A stretch of 64,000 nt of DNA from the human T2T-CHM13v2.0 reference genome, Homo sapiens. Below the pieces are notes generated by a model that saw nothing but the letters and a program-made list of their open reading frames with translations, was not told where the DNA came from and searched no databases. Positions 57,979-64,000 of the stretch are shown one piece after another. The position numbers were made by a program, and so were the translations under genes. The stretch lies in assembly GCF_009914755.1 (NCBI RefSeq), contig NC_060932.1; one strand, given 5' to 3'. Each line of letters starts with the position of its first letter. Within the stretch, counting starts at the first letter, position 1.

Positions 57979-59329
57979 GTGAGACACTGGACTCTTCACT
58001 TGTTAGTCTCTTTTGTTCAGATGATTTCTCGAGTCTCAGGATTATCAGGAGACATTCTGAGGCTTTGCACTTAATTATTGCACATTAACCAACACCCTAG
58101 TTTACGCAATGAACTTGTATTGACCATAAGGCATTTGGTTTGTGTTTCAGCATTACTTTTCTGATGTTATGCTTTTGAAATGGTCGGGGAAGGGGCCTGG
58201 GGGAGTAGGACAATGGAGAAAGAGGGTCAGCACTGAAGACTGTAGAAGGAAAGGATTGAAAGCCCTCAGTTAAGACATTGTAAAAATATTTGGGCAAAGT
58301 TGTTTCAAAGAGTATGAGGATGTGACTGTAATTTTATGCAATGGATATGAATATAGACTGATACTAAAGGAACTTTCAGTGGTTATTAGTATTAGAGTGG
58401 ATTACTTATTCACAGTTTGTTATAGTAATTGTTAGGTAATTCAAAGTTGCAGTGTTCTATATGTCTTTTGGTAGAGAATCCACTTACTACTACCTTAGAT
58501 ATGATGCTTTTTTATTTAGCTTGCCTAGGCTAAGCGTAGAGCACCCAGAAAGCCTGCCAAAATCTAGTGATTCTAACTTACCTTCTATATCACCTGACTG
58601 GGTTTCTTACCTTCTCACCGTCTTCAATGGCCCAGCCCTACGGTCTTGTTCATAAGCCAAGGGCCAATTCTTCTAGTCCACCTAGTGCAAGGCAGATAGA
58701 AAGCTTGCCCCTAGAAGTTGTCACTACCACTCCTCATTTCTTTTCCTGAACCCAAATTCCTTGCTCTCAGGCATCACCCAGCTGTGCTTAGCCATCACAT
58801 TCAACCTGACTGGTAGTTGAATCTTCTAGCAGAGCATGCTGGGCTTCTTTACCGAGCTCCTGAGGCTCAGGTTCTTGAGGATAAAACTCTTCACGCTGGC
58901 ACTTGGTCTCCATGGAAGGGGACTTTGCTTTCCCACTTGAAACCAGACGGTGAGATCCCAGTAAAGTTAATTCCTTGGGTTCAGCTGGAAGCAAATGCGC
59001 TAAAAAGCCAGCAGATGTCATTATTGCTGACGTTGGTTTGAGGAGTCAACCCAACTTTTTTTTTTTTTTAACAAGGGTATTGATTTTCAGGCGACAGGCC
59101 AAAATGAAAGGTGTCACACATACATGAGTGTGTATTTAGCACATATGATGTTAGTATGTATGTAAGTGGTGGTTTAAATGTTTTCATTCACTTACAGAGC
59201 AAGTAATTTTAGCTTTTTTAGAGCCTTGTGGGTCCATTTCAAGTTAGTTTAGTGCCTAATGTGTTAATAGCACAGTCTCTGCATGAGGATTGCAATGTTA
59301 AACATATCCTTGCCCTCTGCTTGACCTCA

Positions 59330-60050
59330 CACCTGAACTCACCTTCCTTAATATCTCACCCATCCATCGCTTTTGCTACAGCTGAGATCTCTGGATCCTC
59401 TCATCTTTCCCAGTTTTTCCCTCACCGGTTTGTCACCTGGCCTGCCTGCCTCCTCTAGTCTTGGCCTCTCTTGCCCACCCTTCACTCAATTGCCAGAGTT
59501 ATCTTTCAAGTATCTCTCTGATCAGATCACTTTTCTGCTTAAGTCCCTTCTGTGGTTTCCCTTTGCCATGAGATTATGCCCTTCTCCTCTGTGGGCAAAT
59601 GAGTTCTGAGCCTTGCGACCCCTGCCTGTCCCCAAGGCTGTTTCCCTTTCCTCCACTTTCACTCTGTGCTTCATAAACACAATTGCCATCTCCCCAAAGG
59701 TGTCTGGTGGCTTCACCCCCCTCGCCTCTATCCATGCCTTTGCACATCTCATCCCCTCTGCCTTTTCCTCTTTCCCCACCTGGAGAAACCCTACCTGTTC
59801 TTCATAACCCAGTTCATGTCATGCGCTTGGTGTTCCCAAAACAAAACCACCCTCCCCTCCAGCAGCATTGATGGAACTTTCCTTTGCACCCCGAGAACAC
59901 GACTCCAGCATGGTGCTCATTCCACCATAGCCTTCCATGCCTGTCCCTTCCACTTGACCAAGATCAACCAGAGAGCAAGGGTGTGTTTTATGTTGCACTC
60001 CTCATGCACTCCTAGTGCCTGGGAATATAGTGGGCACTAAACTAACTTGA
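59330..60050 (+). mobile_element. L2 fragment
   Basis: Pyrimidine-rich L2 text (gccagagttatcttt...gatcacttttctgcttaa; cctagtgcctgggaatatagtgggcact). Confidence 0.65.
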
Positions 60051-60399
60051 AATGGACCCATAAGGCTCTAAACAAGCTAAAATTCCCAGAAATAAATATA
60101 AGTATTCATCATCATCTACCTCTTCAATATACAGCACTGTCTTTAAAATATATTAAGAAATTGCTCATAACTTTCTTTTTTAACAGAATTCAAATTTTCA
60201 GCCTTGTCCTATAGTTCATTTATTCATCCAGTAAATATTTTCTGAGCAGTTACCAAGTATTGCCTTCTGTTGGAGGCATGTGACTATCATGGTGAAGGGT
60301 TATAGACCAGGCTCAGCCAACCCAGATATTTCCTACATATTTGCCTTTAACTCCTTCCTTGATTTTCTAGCCAGATAACATGCTAAGAACTAGCTCATT

Positions 60400-60692
60400 G
60401 GCTGGGTGTGGTCATTCTCGCCTATAATCCCAGCACTTCGGGAGGCTGAGGCAGGCGGATCACCTGAGGTCAGGAGTTCAAGACCAGCCTGGCCAACATA
60501 GTGAAACCCCGTCTGTACTAACAGTACAAAAATTAGCCAGGCATGGTGGCAGGCACCTGTAATCCCAGCTACTCTGGAGGCTGAGGCAGGAGAATTGCTT
60601 GACCCGTGAGGCAGAGGTTGCAGTGAGCCGAGATCACACCATTGCACTCCAGCCTGGGCTACAGAGCGAGACTCCATTTCAAAACAAAAAAA
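60400..60692 (+). mobile_element. Alu (AluSx-like)
   Basis: Alu dimer; TSD aagaactagct. Confidence 0.95.
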
Positions 60693-60704
60693 GAACTAGC
60701 TTGT

Positions 60705-60870
60705 TTAACTCTCACAGTAACTCTAGGAAGTAGTTACTATTCTCTCTTTAATTTAGGTATGAGAAAAATGAGGCTCAGAGAAGTCATGTAGCTTGTGGTG
60801 AGCAAGTAAATTGTGAAACCCAGACCTGTATTAGATCTGAGTCTCCACAGCTACGTATTTAACCACTGTC
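60705..60870 (-). mobile_element. MIR
   Basis: atgagaaaaatgaggctcagagaagtcatgtagcttg. Confidence 0.6.
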
Positions 60871-61184
60871 CCTTCCATTAATCAGCCATCTACAAATAAT
60901 TATTAAGCACCTCCTAAAAACAATCGGCAAATTCATAATATTTTAGGTTCTGGGAGAGAGGGAACAGAAGCAAAAGATAGGCCACTGGCAAAAACAAAAT
61001 GACTAGGAACCACAGTGAACTGTGGGTTGGAGGTCCAGAAAAGACCTCCTTTCTTGGCAGAAAAGTCATGCTCTCGGTAGTGGTTCCCGCTTGATGGAGA
61101 CTTTTCCTCATTTTTCTGTAATGTGCTCATAATCCTTCTAGAACATTATTGCTCTAGATTTTGGGTGTTGGTTGTTTTGTTTTT

Positions 61185-61900
61185 GTTTTTTTACCATCTT
61201 AACCATTTTTAAGTGTACAATTCAGTACTGTTAAGTACATTTACATTGGTGTGTAACCCATCTCCAGAACTCTTTCCATCTTACAAAAGTAAAACCCTAT
61301 ACCCATTAAACAGCAACTCCCGTTTCTCTCTCCCTCAATCCTGGCAACTATCATTCTACTTTCTGTCTCTGTGGATTTGACTACTCTAGGTATCTTATAT
61401 GGGTGAAATCATACAGCATTTATCTTTTTATGACTGGCTTATTTTACTTACCCTCATGTCCTCAAGGCTCATCCATGTTGTAACATGTGTCAGAGTGTCC
61501 TTCCTTTTTAATGCTGAATAACTTTTCATTGCATATATGTACCACATTTTTTTAACCCATTCATCCACTGTTGGAAATTTGAGTTGCTTCCTCCTTTTCC
61601 CTATTGTGGATAATGCTGCTGTGAACATGGGTGTACAAAGAGCTCTTCGAGACCTTGCTTTTAGTTATTTTGGAGCTATACCCAGAAGTGGAATTGCTGG
61701 ATCATATGATACTCTTATTTTTATTATTTTGAGGAACCACCTTACTGTTCTCCATAGCAACTCACCTTGTTACGTTCCCTCCAACTGAGCACAAGTGTCA
61801 TAATTTTTCCACATCCATGCCCACACTTGTTATTTTCTGGTTTTGTTTTTAATAGTAGCCATCCTAATGGGCATGAAGTGTTATCTCATTGTCACTTTGA
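61185..61900 (-). mobile_element. L1MB 3' end
   Basis: accatcttaaccatttttaagtgtacaattcagt...; minus-strand ORF MFTAALSTIGKRRKQLKFP is a degenerate ORF2 C-terminus. Confidence 0.88.
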
Positions 61901-64000
61901 TATGGTTAGGTTTTGTTTTGTTTTTTACTCCAGTGCAATTTTCTTTGCCAAGTGCTTTAATAAATCTTCACCTAATGCAAACCTTTTTGCACCTGTAATG
62001 CTGTAGGCAATTTTGGCTACTGTGCCTCCAAAAAGAAAGTAACAGACTTAGTAAAGACTTAGAAGAACAATTATGAAAATTCTAATAGAATACTTTTCTC
62101 ACTGGGAAAGCATAAAACAATCCTATCTGTTTATCTAGAAAGATGAAGGCTGAGAAGGGCTATAATCAAAGTTTATAAAATCGAGCCAGGGAGGAAAGTA
62201 CTAGTTCATTATGAGCAGGAGCCCTTCCCTTCACTTTCAGGACAAATAAACTATTACTCTGTAAAGGGAGTAAGACACATAAGGAATTCATTAATAAAAG
62301 TACTAGAACCTTGCATATGGATAACACTTTATCTTTTCCCAAAGAACATTTTGTTCACATTATTGTGAATGAATATTGCCATCTCACATGAGTTGGGTGG
62401 GTAGGACAAAGATCATCATCCCAGGAGGAAACAGCCTGTGGAAAGATGAAATGGCTTAACCATGGTCCCCTTACTTCTGAATTTGCTTTTCCCACAACTT
62501 AAGAAGTTGTTCACGTTGTGCCTATACCCGTAAGTACTTCAGAGTTTTAGGCTAGAATAATGGGTGGAAGATTTACAATTTTTTAAGCTAAGTAAACACG
62601 CAAGGAAGTGATCAACATAAAGTTCAGGATAATGGCTACCACTGGGGAAAAAGTGATGACCGAGAGCATCAGTACATTCACATTCTATTTCAAAATTGAA
62701 AAAATATATATCTGAAAGAATATAATCATGTTAAGTTTTGTTAAAGCTAGGAGATGCGTTATTTATTCTGTTACACCCTACACTTGAAATATTTTATAAA
62801 TCAGAAGGAAGAAAATAAAAAATGTTTGAGGGACTCCTAACTTTCTGAGCCTAGCATCAAAGAAATTGGGCTCTAAATCTTTCCCAAATGGCCTTTGGTG
62901 CTAGTCTGAGAAACAAAATACTGAGCAGAATAGACCATTGATCTGACTCAACATGGCATTTCTTACATTCCTAGGAAATTGACCTGACAGGAACATCTCA
63001 GTAACATTGACCCGATGTTTCTCTTAGATCATATGTATAGGGAAGCTATGAGTACATGGAGATATTTTGTTTCTTTAAAGCAAAAGCCAGAACACAAGAT
63101 ATTCAGACCAGAGCTAGCCCACAGATGTATGTTGTTTGATGAGCATACTTTTCAGAATTAAGCCAATCTTTTAAAATCATATTTTAAAATATATATAACA
63201 TATAAAAAAATCAGATTCTGACGTTTCTTGAAAATTCAAAAAATGAAGGCTTGTATTCCCATGAAGCAGTCATCACTTGGATGTTTGAAGGGGAGCTGCA
63301 GCTGCTCTCGGACACTGGGATCCCCCACTACTGTGTTGTCCCTCAATAACTTATGCCAAGGTGCAGGTGCCATTTATCATTGACCATACTGCTGTTTTTC
63401 TTATAGTCAGGAAAAGCTCTATAAACCATGTCTCTATCAAAGGTAAAACAACAAAAAGACACAAAAACCCTCTGACTTTTCTTATACCTGGCTGCCTTCA
63501 CTTGCCTACCTTATCTATGTAGCCCTGTAGGCATGTTAACTTCCATTCCTGTAAGTAGCTTTTAATGGCCTTGTGCTCTTTTGGAGGGGCCAGGAGGAAA
63601 TGATGAGTCTTAGTGATCTGGAAACATTCCAGACTAATTTATTATCTTCTCTTTTTTCCCTTCTTCTCCCAACTACCTTTTCCCCCTTTGGTTTTAGGTA
63701 AAAAACATCTTTTTTTTTTCTTGCCAATTCCATAGTTTGGGTAGAAAAAAAAATACCATTTAATTTTGTTATTTTTTATATGCTTATGCTTTTAGAATTA
63801 GAATATTCAATAGATCATACAGGCATTTTAATAAAGGAAATGTCACTGTTTCATGTTTCATACTTTACTATGAAAATAACTGTTGGCATGTGAAAATGGC
63901 AGGGAAGTACCTAATACAAACGACTTAAATATTTAAAGCATTAGCCTTACTTCATCATAAAAGAATGACATCGACAAACACCCCTCCACAATCAGTAAGA

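Noticed and set aside
57979-58088. Continuation of the 93-aa ORF (ETLDSSLVS...) past codon 58
   Set aside because: Sulfatase similarity stops at the GT donor at 57979; this is intron read-through with no nearby poly(A) signal.

Overview
Primate (almost certainly human) genomic DNA from the 5' part of SULF1 (extracellular heparan-sulfate 6-O-endosulfatase Sulf-1), transcribed on the + strand. The only protein-coding sequence is the first coding exon (exon 57747-57978, ATG at 57807), encoding [22 protein letters not shown]...[17 protein letters not shown]. It is preceded by a 73-nt 5'UTR exon (57370-57442). The rest appears to be intron: ~57 kb upstream and ~6 kb downstream. The intron is rich in repeats: 14 Alus, L1 3' ends, L2/MIR relics, a two-LTR MST MaLR element, solo MST/MLT1 LTRs, a Charlie1-type and a MER5-type DNA transposon, and microsatellites. 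All other ORFs in the track look like repeat-derived or chance ORFs. I see no evidence of a new gene system. The most notable unexplained signals are: a candidate internal promoter/alternative exon at ~56.5-57.0 kb with PBX/MEIS, CCAAT and AP-1 motifs and a perfect splice donor; a hairpin enclosing the acceptor of the start-codon exon; a minimal uORF; a ~300-bp local duplication at 34.85/36.54 kb; and a CpG-rich fold-back/tandem patch at 23.2 kb. Repeat boundaries and subfamily names were assigned by eye and are approximate.
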